Shown here: positions 13,840-25,944 of the stretch, one piece after another
Layout: every line of letters starts with the position of its first letter
Numbering within the stretch: position 1 is the first letter of the stretch
NCBI GenBank assembly: GCA_951406725.2
Contig: OX597816.1
Coordinates: 6,696,001 to 6,760,000, forward strand
Direction: 5' to 3'
Length of the DNA stretch: 64,000 nucleotides
From: Octopus vulgaris
Lineage: Eukaryota
Notes under the pieces: generated by a model
Databases searched by the model: none
Told to the model about the DNA's origin: nothing
The model's input: the letters and a program-made list of their open reading frames with translations, nothing else
Translations under genes and position numbers: made by a program

Positions 13840-14208
13840 GCCTCCGCCAAGGAAGGGGGTTATGTTTTCATCGGTGTTGGTCTGTCCGTCTGTGTGCAAA
13901 ATGACTCAAAAAGTTATGAACGGTATTTGATGAAACTTGCAGAAAAAGTTGGTAATGACACAAGGAACAGATAATGGAATTTTGGTAGTGATCTGGGAAT
14001 TTTTATGGATTCTTAAAGGATTTTTGATTTGTTATATTTACTTTACATGAAGTATTAGTTACGTTCTTTGATTATCACCCTTGAAACACGTTCATCGTTT
14101 CACGTAACCTATGGTGGCGTTGCTGTTTCTAAAGTTTATTTCCGTTTCTCTATTAGTAATTTTACTTGCGTACTTATCTTAAAATAAGCTGCTTGGCGGA
14201 GGTCTGCG
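13837..14208 (+). mobile_element. Helentron-associated non-autonomous element (HINE/DINE-like)
   Basis: Subterminal inverted repeats cctccgccaag (13841) and cttggcggagg (14192), ttatgtttt, gtctgtccgtctgt, atttgatgaaactt. Confidence 0.7.
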
Positions 14209-14294
14209 GAGGATCTTATGACAAGCCTTGACCATTGGGATGGTTCCTGTTTTTAAAGGAGTTTTTTTTTTAATCATATGGCTGTGGTTTTTTT

Positions 14295-14405
14295 TTACCC
14301 CCGTCAAAGAGGTTATGTTTTTGCCGGCGTTGGTTTGGGAATTTGGGCGATTTTCAGCATGCGTGTATATGGGTGGAAATGAGCTGCTTGGCGGAGGTCT
14401 GCGCT
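14295..14405 (+). mobile_element. short HINE-like element
   Basis: ttacccccgtcaaagaggttatgtttt ... cttggcggaggtctgcgct. Confidence 0.6.
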
Positions 14406-14406
14406 G

Positions 14407-14636
14407 GGCGGCGAGCTGGCAGAAACGTTAGCACGCCGAGCGAAATGCGTAGCCGTATTTCGTCTGTCGTTACGTTCCGAGTTCAAATTCCGCCGAGGTC
14501 GACTTTGCCCTTCATCTTTTCGGGGTCGATAAATTAAGTACCAGTTACGCACTGGGGTCGATGTAATCGACTTAATCCATTTGTCTGTCCTTGTTTGTCC
14601 CCTCTGTGTTTAGCCCCTTGTGGGTAGTAAAGAAAT
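14407..14636 (+). mobile_element. SINE family B monomer (tRNA-like head, Meta-domain-like core)
   Basis: ggcggcgagctggcagaaacgttag head; B-box gagttcaaattcc; core tttgcc..tcatc..tcggggtcgataaattaagtaccag. Confidence 0.9.
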
Positions 14637-14666
14637 GTTTTATTATTATTATTATTATTATTATTA

Positions 14667-14739
<73 letters not shown>

Positions 14740-14981
14740 CATTTATTAAGTTGGCAAGATGGCACGCTGGGGAAAATTGTTTACTGGTACTTTGTCCTTC
14801 TTCATGTTGTGTTCAAATTCCGCTGAAGTTGACTTTGCCTGTCATCCTTTCAGAGGTCGATGAAATAAGTACCAGTGGGACATTGGGGTCGATGTAATCG
14901 ACTTAACTACTACCCTTGAACTTGCTGGTCTTGAGCCATTTTTATTATTATTATTATCATTATTATTATTATTATTATTAT

Positions 14982-15049
<68 letters not shown>

Positions 15050-15089
15050 TCATTATTATTATTATTATCGTTGTTGTTGTTGTTGTTTT

Positions 15090-15325
15090 TGCGCAGCTTC
15101 TAACGCTGGAGATGTACTACTGTGTCAGCTGTTCCCTACCAGTGAACTAAGGTAACACCCCTTATTTTTCGAGCACCTTCCGGAGTATAAAATCCCACAG
15201 GATCTTTGCATTATAAAATCCCACAGGATCTTTGCATTATCATTTTCGATGATGCCTTCGGATTTGTGGACGTACCAATTTTTTGCTCTGTCAAGTCCAT
15301 ACTTGTTGCAAAGTGTCCAATGGTC
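15090..15325 (-). mobile_element. R4/Dong LINE 3' fragment, internally deleted
   Basis: Minus strand HWTLCNKYGLDRAKNWYVHKSEGIIENDNAKILWDF joined to RKVLEK* and a 3'UTR. Confidence 0.7.
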
Positions 15326-15388
15326 AAGCCTTGCTATATTGTCGTATTATTATCATTATTGTTGGTGTTGTTGTTATTATTATTATTC

Positions 15389-16242
15389 AGTAGTTTTATT
15401 TTTATAGCGTGCTTTCACTTCACTACCGAGCGCAGCTCTGTGAGCCTTGGGTATGTGCTGTGATTTGTTGTGACGCTCTGATGGTTATTGTATGGAAAGT
15501 GTTCTGCGTAGGATGTGTGCAGTGCCTAGTAGTGCAATTTTCTGTATGTTATATGTGTTTGTAAGTCCTGGTGTTTTTGTTATGCATTTGTCTGAATATT
15601 TTTTATCATACCTAATGCACCTACTATGATAGGGATTGTTTCTGTTTTTAGATTCCACATTCTGGTTACCTCTATTTCCAGGTCTTTGTATTTTGAAAGT
15701 TTCTCTATTTCTTTTAGAGACACGTTGTCATCTGCCGGTATTGATACATCAATTAGAAAGCATTTTTTTCTTCATGACCTCTGACAACTATATCTGGTCT
15801 GTTGGCCTTAATTTCTCTATCTGTGTGTATCGGCATATCCCAGAGTATGGTTGCTTTCTCGTTTTCTGTGACCTTTTCTGGTGTGTGCCTATACCATCTT
15901 TTTTCTGTTGTTATTCCATAATGTTGGCATAGCTTCCAATGTAAGTAGGTTCCAACTCTGTCATGTCTGTGAATATGTTCCTTCTTAGCCAGGACTGGGC
16001 AGCTAGAGATAATATGATTTATTGTTTCTTGTCCATCTCCACATATTCTGCAGTTACTTGTAATATTTCTTTTCATTACATGTTTTTGGTAATTTCTGGT
16101 GGTAGAGGCTTTGATCTTGTGCTGCAATTAAAAATCCCTCTAGCTCTGCTTTGAGTCCTGAGCTTCTCAACCATTGCTGGGATTTTTCTTTGTCTATTTC
16201 TTTTGCGTTTAGTTTAGTCCAGTATTTACCATGAAGGGGCTT
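15389..16242 (-). pseudogene. R4/Dong LINE C-terminus: CCHC zinc knuckle plus restriction-like endonuclease, with 3'UTR
   Basis: KPLHGKY..EGFLIAAQDQSL, CRICGDGQETINHIISSC, HRHDRV, ILWDMPIHTDREIKANRPDIVV; frameshifted; flanked by (TTA)n. Confidence 0.9.
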
Positions 16243-16291
16243 TATTATTATTATCATCATCATCATCATTATTATTATTATTATTATTATT

Positions 16292-16324
<33 letters not shown>

Positions 16325-16367
16325 ATTATTATTATTATTATTATTATTAATATTATTATTATCATCA

Positions 16368-16426
<59 letters not shown>

Positions 16427-16438
16427 GTTATTATTATT

Positions 16439-16471
<33 letters not shown>

Positions 16472-16493
16472 ATTATTATTATTATTATTATTA

Positions 16494-16524
<31 letters not shown>

Positions 16525-16923
16525 CATTATTATTATTATTATTATTATTACGGTTATTGTGAGGTTATTGATTGAAGATACTGTGTCTAATGGTGGGGTT
16601 TGTACTGTTTGTCAAGTCACAACAAGGACCTCAGACAGACAGAATACTTTACACAATATGCGTGCAGTTTCAAGTAATGCCGAATTTTGCAATACATCTA
16701 GATTGTAGGGTATCTCTAAGGTTTCCAGATTTGGTGGTATTGAACCCAATGCTCCGAGTCAATGAGTTCTGATCTTAAGCAACTAAGATAAAGCCTTTGC
16801 TCTCTGTCTTTAGCCCTGAGCTCCCTAGCCACTGATGAGCGTGCTTCAGGTCTACATCAGCTTGTTTGGTACGAGTCACATATTTGCCATGCAGAGGTTT
16901 TTGTTCTCACCCATCAGTCAATT

Positions 16924-17153
16924 ACTCTTTACTCTTTACTCTTTTACTTGTTTCAGTCATTTGACTGCGGCCATGCTGGAGCACCGCCTTTAATCGAGCA
17001 AATCGACCCCGGGACTTATTCTTTGTAAGCCCAGTACTTATTCTATCGGTCTCTTTTTGCCGAACCGCTAAGTGACGGGGACGTAAACACACCAGCATCG
17101 GTTGTCAAGCAATGCTAGGGGGACAAACACAGACACACAAACACAAACACACA

Positions 17154-17195
<42 letters not shown>

Positions 17196-17354
17196 TACGA
17201 CAGGCTTCTTTCAGTTTCCGTCTACCAAATCCACTCACAAGGCATTGGTCGGCCCGGGGCTATAGTAGAAGACACTTGCCCAAGATGCCACACAGTGGGA
17301 CTGAACCCGGAACCATGTGGCTGGTTAGCAAGCTACTTACCACACAGCCACTCC
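16924..17354 (-). mobile_element. SINE family A, full length
   Basis: Reverse complement of the 58649-59059 copy, with a (gagtaaaa)n tail. Confidence 0.92.
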
Positions 17355-17547
17355 TTTGTTCATACGCTGTTTTTCCTTGCCACTGATCTCACCTTCTTTG
17401 CAACAACAGTTTCCGCGCTCCCATCATGCCGTTCAACCTGGGTGTTATGCATAAACCCACTTGGAAATATTGTTTTGCCCTCCTTCATGACAGAATGAAG
17501 CTTCTTAAGCCTCTTCTAATTTTTAGCATCCAGTCGTTAGATGTTTC

Positions 17548-17835
17548 GAGATATTCAATATCCTCCCGAAGAACCTGTGGGACATGCATGGGGTGGATGC
17601 GGATGTCTTTAAAGTAGGACTGGATCTCTTCCTGTCAGGTGTCCCGGATGAACCAACTTCACGGCAGGAAGGTGCAGATGAGGGCAGCTGCATCGAACTC
17701 TCTCATGCACCAAATGGCAGTTGGTAAAAAGCATTCGTGAAGTAAAATCATGTAGCAACACCAAATGGCGGTGCCCCAGCATGGCCACAGCTCGTGAGCT
17801 GAAACTAGATAAAATAAGATAAAATAAAATTTAAA
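17548..17835 (+). mobile_element. CR1-group LINE 3' end
   Basis: IFNILPKNLWDMHGVDADVFKVGLDLFLSGVPDEP..RAAASNSLMHQ, then a 3'UTR stem-loop and (taaaa)n tail. Confidence 0.75.
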
Positions 17836-18462
17836 AAATAAAATTTGGCCAGTCCAATTTTGGTGGTTTTCTAAGAGATCTCACATTGGATCAAGGCTTG
17901 ATTTTTTTTTTTTTGGGGGGGGGGGGGCATGGAGGTAAAGATGATCCACATCTAACTTCGGGTGATGCATCTTATTGCAAATCTGCAGCTTACGAATTTT
18001 CCAGTCAATATTTTTTATTTCACTGATATTCTTGCTCAACACATAAATGTTATGGTATTCACGTCATAAGAAAGCTGGTGCATATTGAGCCAGACACTGG
18101 AACAGCCAAGGAATTTGTGGCTAACACCTTATTACATGTATTTAACTCAAATTTTAATACTGCTCTAACTCTCCTGTAAAGGTCCTTCCTGATCTTTTCT
18201 TTCATGCTTGCATGCTGAATGCCAGAGCCCTCATTTATTCCGAGGTATTTCTAAGTTTGTTCCTGCTCAAGTCCTTTTATAACTGCGTCAACATCTAACA
18301 CCACTGAATATGAGGTCTTCAATTTCCCTTTCTGGAAAGCGGCCTTGGCACATTTATTAAGACCAAATTCCATCCCGATGTCATCACTGAATGCTTTCAC
18401 AGTACCTTCAAGTTGTGTGTGTGTGTGTGTGCGCGAGCGAGAGAGAGAGAGAGAGAGTTTCC

Positions 18463-18828
18463 CACCAATGCTCGACAACCGATGCCAGTTTGCTCACGTC
18501 TACGAAACTTAGCGGTTCGGCAAAAGAACCGATAGAATGAGTACCAGGTTTTAAAAGTATAAGTACTGGGATCGATTCGTTCGACTGAAACTCTTCAAAG
18601 TGGTGCCCCAGCATGGCCGCAGTCTAATGACCAAAACGAGTAAAAAATAAAAGAACACGTTGTCAGGAGTGGCTGTGTGGTAAGTAGTTTGCTTACCAAC
18701 CACATGGTTCCGGGTTCAGTCCCACTGCGTGGCACCTTGGGCAAGTGTCTTCTACTATAGCCTCGGGCCGATCAAAGCCTTGAGTGGATATGGTAGACGG
18801 AAACTGAAAAAAGCTCGTCGTATATATG

Positions 18829-18877
<49 letters not shown>

Positions 18878-19069
18878 ATACGTTTGTGTGTCTGTGTTTG
18901 TACCCCCACCAACATCGCTTGACAACCGATTCTGGCGTGTTTACGTCCCCATAACTTAGTGGTTCGGCAAAAGAGACCGATAGAATAAGTACTAGGCTTA
19001 CAAATAATAAGCCCTGGGGTCGATTTGCTCGACTAAAGGCGGTGCTCCAGCATGGCCGCAGTCAAAGAG
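18463..19069 (+). mobile_element. SINE family A: 3' half (18463-18653) followed by a full copy (18664-19069)
   Basis: Family head ggagtggctgtgtggtaag..gggttcagtccc and two copies of the tail. Confidence 0.9.
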
Positions 19070-19303
19070 TAATACGCAGACGAAATACAGCAGCAATTAG
19101 TGCATTCACATTGGAATCTAGAATATAATCAGAATCAAGGTTTACGTCATTAAATCATGTTTAAATTTTATTCGCAAAAGATTCCATAATTTGGTTCCTT
19201 AAAAGAAGTTTATATATTAATCCCGGATGAAATGTCTTGAGTTTTGCTTTTGTTTACGTTAATTAGAGAGTTGCAACAAACTATGTCCAATTGATTATTA
19301 TGT

Positions 19304-19963
19304 ATTTCTTTATTGCCCACAGGGAGTTAAACACAGAGGGGACAAACAAGGATAGACAAAGAGATTAAGTCGATTATATTGACCCCAGTGCGTAACTGGT
19401 ACTTATTTAATCGACCCCGAAAGGATGAAAGGCAAAGTCGACCTCGGTGGAATTTGAACTCAGAACGTAACGGCAGACGAAATACCGCTAAGCATTTCGC
19501 CCAGCGTGCTAACGTTTCTACCAGCTCGCCGCCTTCCAATTTATTATTTGTTTCTTTATTACCCACAAGGGGCTACACACAGAGGGGACAAACAAGGACA
19601 GACAAAGAGATTAAGTCGATTATATTGACCCCAGTGCGTAACTGGTACTTATTTAATCGACTCCGAAAGGATGAAAGGCAAAGTCGACCTCGGCAGAATT
19701 TGAACTCAGAACGTAACGGCAGACGAAATACCTATTTCTTTACTACCCACAAGGGGCTAAACATAGAGGGGACAAACAAGGACAGACGTAGGTATTAAGT
19801 CGATTACATCGACCCCAGTGCGTAACTGGTACTTAATTTATCGACCCCGAAAGGATGAAAGGCAAAGTCGACCTCGGCAGAATTTGAACTCAGTACGTAG
19901 CGGCAGACGAAATACCACTACGCATTTCGTCCGGCGTGCTAACGATTCTGCCAGCTCGCCACC
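19304..19963 (-). mobile_element. SINE family B monomer (19304-19533) plus dimer (19549-19963)
   Basis: Three cores, two heads; ttccaatttattatt duplicated at 19534 and 19964. Confidence 0.92.
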
Positions 19964-19987
19964 TTCCAATTTATTATTATTGGATAA

Positions 19988-20200
19988 AGCAGTGAGCTGG
20001 CAGAATCGTTAGCACGCCAGGAAAATGCTTTGCGGTATTTCGTCAGACTTTACATTCTGAGTTCAAATTTCGGCGTGATCCACTTTGCTTTTCATCCTTT
20101 CGGGGTTCATAATATAAGCACCAGTTGAACACTGAGACTGGTATGATCAACTTACGCTCTCCCCAGAGCTTGCTGGCCTTGTGCCAAAATATGAAACCAT
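19988..20200 (+). mobile_element. SINE family B, older subfamily
   Basis: gcagtgagctggcagaatcgttagcacg..gagttcaaattt..tttcatcctttcgggg. Confidence 0.85.
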
Positions 20201-20466
20201 TATTAGCAAGCTGCTTGAATCATTAGAACATCGAAGAATATGCCTTGTAGCGATTCTATACGCTCGGGATTCATATCCCGCCAGCGTCAACTTTGCCCCT
20301 CATTTTTGTTTTTTTACAGGGTCGATAAAATGAAGAACCAGCGAAGTTCTGTGGTCAATGGTATCGATTAAACTCCTCCCTTTAAAATTGCTAAACTCGT
20401 GTATCAATTAATAATTACTGTTATTGAATTCTATATCTCGGTGAATTCTTGCGGAAACATTTCTGT

Positions 20467-20480
20467 GTTTCTATGGAAAC
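20467..20480. promoter_or_regulatory. RFX X-box-like palindrome GTTTCTATGGAAAC
   Basis: Fits the GTYNCYNTRGNAAC consensus; lies in non-repeat sequence. Confidence 0.3.
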
Positions 20481-20906
20481 GTGTTCATTAGAAGTGTCTG
20501 GCTAAATATGCACCAGCTTTTCTTATGACGTGAATACCATAAACATTTAAAGACGTTCACAAGAATATGTTTTGTCGCTATTACGAAAATAATTATTGAT
20601 TCACAACAACTGTACGAATGAGTCATCAAAATTCTATAGACTTTTTATTCCTACAGAAATATAAATAAAATGAAAACCACAAGATGGTAAAGTGTTCGGC
20701 CTACAACTGAGCGCCTGACGAGATCATCTGCATAATGGTGTTATATGCAAATTATATGTTATATGTTAAAGGGAAACTACTATTGGTGCCACTAAGGTCT
20801 TGGAGGAAGTTGTAAGAAAAGGAATAGCTGTCAGTGTATATGATGAACAAGCTTTACATATATGTGTATACAATATATCTATCTGTTTATCTATATATAC
20901 ATACAT

Positions 20907-20946
<40 letters not shown>

Positions 20947-21099
20947 TATTATTATTTATGGGTTTTTCATCTTCTTTCAAATTTGCTTCCATTTCTTGCC
21001 GAGTGTCTTCCCGACTCCTAGGGCAAAGAAACTCATAGTATACATTGGTAGGCCATTAAACCAAACTCAATAGTTCGTTCATTTTTTTTTTTCAAGTTA

Positions 21100-21358
21100 A
21101 ATTAAAATACATGGGTAGTAATAGTTCTCACATCGACAATGCTCTTCTCAATACATGTGATGTACCAGTTAAGACAATCTTTTGCACTTCTTGCAGGGAT
21201 GGTAAGCCAGGGATCATTCTCATATAATTTTCGGTTCCTTTCTTGATCATTCCTAGTGTTCCTACGATCACTGGTATTGTAACCGCCTTGAGATGCCACA
21301 TTTTCTCAATTTCAATGAGCAGGTCTTTATATTTTCTGAGCTTGTCAAATTCTTTCGC
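21100..21358 (-). mobile_element. R4/Dong LINE 3' end
   Basis: KEFDKLRKYKDLLIEIEKMWHLKAVTIPVIVGTLGMIKKG..VQKIVLTGTSHVLRRALSM*. Confidence 0.85.
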
Positions 21359-21390
21359 CTGTCAAATTATTATTATTATCATTATTATTA

Positions 21391-21467
<77 letters not shown>

Positions 21468-21469
<2 letters not shown>

Positions 21470-22003
21470 TTAGTTTTATTTTTATATCGTGCTTTCACTT
21501 CACTACCGAGCGCAGCTCTGTGTGCCTTGGGTATGTGCTGTGATTGGTTGTGATGCTCTGATGGTTACTGTATTGAAAGTGTTCTGCGTAGGGTGTGTGC
21601 ATGTTATTATTATTATTATTCTATGTTTGACTTTTGCTTTATGTTTGTACAAGTTGGCTCCAAGTCTCACCCAGAGACCTCAAGAGACAACAGGTTGGAA
21701 GTTCACGTTGTTGTTATGCCTAGTGTGCCATATATTTGGGTGGGGTGTTGTACTAGTGAATGTCTAATAAATAATTTTTTTTTTTTAATATTTGTTTTAA
21801 ACCTTGAGATTACATAGAGAGTATATTGCGTAGGATATGAGCAGTTCCCATGAGCACTATCCTTTGAATTTCTGCCATTTTGGGGTTTCCTGGTATCTGA
21901 GTTAGGTAGCAATCAGCCCCTTTCGCTATCATTCCCAGGGCACCTATGACAACAGGTATTGTTTTAGTCTTCAGGTTCCACATTTTGCTGATTTCTATTT
22001 CAA
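21468..22003 (-). mobile_element. two abutting R4/Dong 3' ends (21468-21602 and 21620-22003) in (TAA)n
   Basis: LEIEISKMWNLKTKTIPVVIGALGMIAKG..VLMGTAHILRNILSM*; the first piece matches the 3'UTR at 15389-15520. Confidence 0.85.
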
Positions 22004-22004
22004 G

Positions 22005-22058
<54 letters not shown>

Positions 22059-22160
22059 ATGCAATATTATTTTCCAGCGAAATAAAGCTTTACCTAGCGT
22101 CGAACGGTTATCGATTGCTATTTCTATCGAAAATGAGTACCTTGTTGTGCCACTATTTCC

Positions 22161-22255
<95 letters not shown>

Positions 22256-22259
22256 AGAC

Positions 22260-22325
<66 letters not shown>

Positions 22326-22457
22326 CTTTAGTGTTAATTTAAGTCTTATATTAGCATAAGCGGTGCTGGCCAACACGCTCCATAACTTTTGTGACCGGCG
22401 TTAATTTTACCTTTAGGTTCTAATTGCTAATGATCCACACTTTTAATTTGTTGTGTG

Positions 22458-22533
<76 letters not shown>

Positions 22534-22745
22534 TGTATAAACACACACACACGAAGTAGTTTTGGTGAAGCATTGTGTGGTGAATTTTTCAACTACCACT
22601 TTTCCCAAATGTCCTGAAGAAGGGGTCATAACACCGAAATATAGAAATACAAGGTAAAACTGCATTTGTTTTCTTTTTTTTTTCTTCCTTCTCCTCTGCA
22701 GTTTTCTTTGTACCTTCTTACATTGTTCCGGCCTTACACAACAAG

Positions 22746-22776
<31 letters not shown>

Positions 22777-22809
22777 CTTTATTTAAAGCAGCAGAAAATT
22801 CAACAAAAC

Positions 22810-22847
22810 CTGTTACTCTGAGTTTCCCGTTGCCGTTCATCGGACAG
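22810..22847 (-). ncRNA. hammerhead-like motif, CCGAUGA core variant
   Basis: ctgt-CCGATGA-acg(gcaa)cgg-GAAA-ctcagag-TA-acag on the minus strand. Confidence 0.6.
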
Positions 22848-22883
22848 TTTTTGCTAGACATATCGGTTCTATTCTAGCAAAAA

Positions 22884-22921
22884 CTGTCCGACGAACTGCA
22901 ACGTGAAACTCAGAGTAACAG
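22884..22921 (+). ncRNA. hammerhead-like motif, CCGACGA core variant
   Basis: ctgt-CCGACGA-act(gcaa)cgt-GAAA-ctcagag-TA-acag. Confidence 0.6.
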
Positions 22922-23047
22922 GTTTTGTTGAATTTTCTGTTGCTAAATAAAACATATTACTCTACCACTGGTATTTGAGTACTCTTTTTTTCCACCTTGT
23001 TTCATATTTATGTGTTTACTCCGGTATATATATATATATATATATAG

Positions 23048-23145
<98 letters not shown>

Positions 23146-25244
23146 GAGACGTGGGTTCATATTCCATGAGCAACCTTCGACTTTTCATATCCAAAGATGT
23201 TTTTCAACCCAATATATATAGCATTAAGCTTCGAGACCCAATTCCAAAGTTAGATTGGGCAGAGTTTTTTGAGGCAAATTTTATATGGCCGGAACTACAA
23301 ATTTTGTATTACCGAATCATCGGATCACCTTTCTGTAAATCTAAAACGTTGACAGGAAAAGGGATAGTAAAATGTTATTTTCATTAATTTATGTCAAGTG
23401 GCGGGTTTGAGTCCATGATTTTTACATGCCTTTCCACACTAGACACATCGATGCTGTTGGCGCTTATTTTCAACAGAAGCAAGTGGGCGCCCGGAAGAAA
23501 GATAATTTCAGACGTGGTGGTACAAAAGCAAATGGTTGAGTTACAGACACGAAATTACATTGCTAAACAATGACATTTATTACGGAAAATATTTCAGTAC
23601 AAAATTATGTCACTGCGCATGCCCAAAGTAAACAGAGCTCGCTTCTACAGTGATAGTACACCATAAAAGTGAAACTACCGGAATAATGGATTCTGATTTA
23701 GGAAAAGGGTAGTAATTTTGAAAGGAGACATTTAATTGATAACATAATCTCTAGTATTTGGTACTGAAAGGAAGAAACGCAAAGTTGACTCCAGCGGGGT
23801 TTGAACTCAGAACCTAATGAATTAGAAGAAACATTGCAAATCATTTTGTCTGACCCCCTAAGGATTCTGCCAGCTCACTGCTTTAAAGCTAATGAAATGA
23901 TAAAAGTTAGTTAAGATACTTGGGTTGTGTTTCATTAGTACATTAAGTTATCTATTTTTTTTATTATGGTAATTAGTACATTTAGTTAATTACTCTAGTG
24001 TCCATGATCTAATTATTCATGTTCTGTTGAAGTGAGACTTTCTAATAACTTGATTTTGACTTATTAAAGTTTCATGTATTTTACCGTTTTCCAGCACCGT
24101 GCTTTGGGATGAGTCTTACTTGAAACAGACATATAAAATGAAATTACTACAAAGACAGCGTAAAGTAAAAGTTTTGGCAATTCTGAATTGAACTGCATCG
24201 GTTTTTCAGACATTTTCCGGAGAACGAAGCATTTCAAATGTGAAAACTGTCACACAACTTTTGTTGGAAGCGGACAACAGTCAGATGATTTAACATATTC
24301 TGCAGATAACTGCTAACATCGGCGAATAAAAGATCAACATTTTATGGCGATATGGCAGATATAAAGATTCAAAATAGCTTATTGGGTAAGGTATATTACC
24401 TATTTATTAAGCACGGCTCTACATTCTCTGCAACAATTTCTTTGTATCACTGGCCAGAACACTTAATTCTATGTATCTCAGGTCATGTTATTGTCAAATA
24501 TATTTCCATTTTCTACGGCTATTTGGCATTGTTTAGTCCATACTGGCCCTTGAGTCTTGTGGATAAATTTATGGTATATGGTTTTCTGGTTTTTGATTTT
24601 ATTCCTCCTCACATCCCTACGACAACAACTTCGCATCCCCCTCCATACATGTTTCTTCTTTTCTAGTTCCTCACTACTATATTTCATCATTCCCCAATAC
24701 CTACACAAAAGAAAATATATCCAGTCCCAATTCCCCACAAAATGACCATCTCCTCCTACCTTTTTCCAGCAGATAATTACCTACAGAAACCTACAAAAGC
24801 TCATAATGAACTCAACCCTAACCATCTAATTAACCTAATGGACTCAACCAATTCCTCTTGATTAAGCAACTAAAATACATTCAAGCTTTGAACTTTAATA
24901 CAGGCTTTAAAGATATATATTATTAGACTAACTTTATTTCATTAAGATTTGCCATAAAGGCATTACAAAGAGTAGCCTGCGGGCTGGACACATACATTAA
25001 TGAGGTGAATGATGAAAAAAGGATGATATTAATGGGAGAATACAAAAAACGCCCGCCGATATTTTGCTTCTCTAAAACATTATTCTCTTCTTTTTTTCCA
25101 ACAGAAAAAAACAAAACGAGGTATTGATCCTCTCACTACAGTTTTTACAATTATTGGATTTAATAGTCTATTACAAATAATAACATACAATAACATACAA
25201 TAACATACAATAAAATATTCAATATACAATCAACACTAGTTCAT

Positions 25245-25616
25245 TTACAAATGGGCGCTGAGCCTCTTACACATTATAGCATTGAGGTTTTTCAACCTCT
25301 TGTCAATTTTCCACCTCATCATCGCTTGTGCCCGTGTGTACTCCATCATCGCCCATGCTTGCTTTAAAATCAAGACGGACTCCGAGTCGGCGTCACCCGG
25401 CCACGAACGATATTCCTCTTTTAGTCCCTTCAGCCTATGTAACACGCGCAACGTTACGACCTCCACAGCTATCTGCGGAGGCCATTCGGGTTCCCGTATC
25501 AAGGCCAAAGGTACTCCCTCGTAGTGTTCTTTCACCACCTTTTCCACCTCTCTGCCTCTATAAAAGAAGACCAACAGTTCTTCCTCCTCCGAGTCCGGGC
25601 TAGTCAATTCTACCAT
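25245..25616 (-). CDS. orphan 123-aa ORF of unknown function, probably element-borne
   Basis: ATG-to-TAA open frame MVELTSPDSEEEELLVFFYRG..KRLSAHL with non-repetitive composition in a GC-richer island; no recognised domain. Confidence 0.35.
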   Translation of the reverse strand: MVELTSPDSEEEELLVFFYRGREVEKVVKEHYEGVPLALIREPEWPPQIAVEVVTLRVLHRLKGLKEEYRSWPGDADSESVLILKQAWAMMEYTRAQAMMRWKIDKRLKNLNAIMCKRLSAHL

Positions 25617-25716
25617 TGCCGGCACAATTCCCGCCAATGGTGTGTCTACCCCCACCCCTGCCGGTGACACAACCCCCACTGACGAGGCTCCGGGACACTG
25701 GTATATAATACTAGAC

Positions 25717-25944
25717 GGCGAGCTGGCAGAAACGTTAGCACGCCGGGCGAAATGCTTAGCGGTATTTCGCCTGCTGTTACGTTGTGAGTTCAAATTCCGC
25801 CGAGGTCGACTTTGCCTTTCATCATTTCGGGGTCGATAAATTAAGTACCAGTTATGCACTGGGGTCGATGTAATCGACTTAATACCTATGTCTGTCCTTG
25901 TTTGTCCCCTCTGTGTTTAGCACCTTGTGGGTAATAAAGAAATA
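25717..25944 (+). mobile_element. SINE family B monomer with 17-bp TSD
   Basis: ggtatataatactagac at 25700 and 25945. Confidence 0.93.

Larger units (their letters stand above)
16600..18410 (-). pseudogene. older R4/Dong LINE ORF relic split by SINE-A and CR1 insertions
   Basis: FSDDIGMEFGLNKCAK and KYLGINEG (18230-18410) and KPLHGKY..HQWLGSSGLKTE (16780-16910) are in colinear order on the minus strand. Confidence 0.75.
22778..22951. repeat. ~174-bp palindrome (about 80-bp arms, 14-nt loop), PLE pseudo-LTR-like
   Basis: gcagcagaaaattcaacaaaacctgttactctgagtttc..tgctaga pairs with tctagca..gaaactcagagtaacaggttttgttgaattttctgttgc. Confidence 0.92.

Noticed and set aside
19379-19798. Recurring peptides such as RNWYLIYRPRKDERQSRPRRNLNSER
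   Set aside because: Antisense translation of SINE-B copies.
20715-20790. CTGACGA with a downstream GAAA (also CTGACGA at 63899)
   Set aside because: Stems could not be assembled by eye.
25617-25859. N-terminal extension of the 204-aa ORF
   Set aside because: Largely derived from the inserted SINE-B (TSD visible); only 25245-25616 was kept as a candidate.
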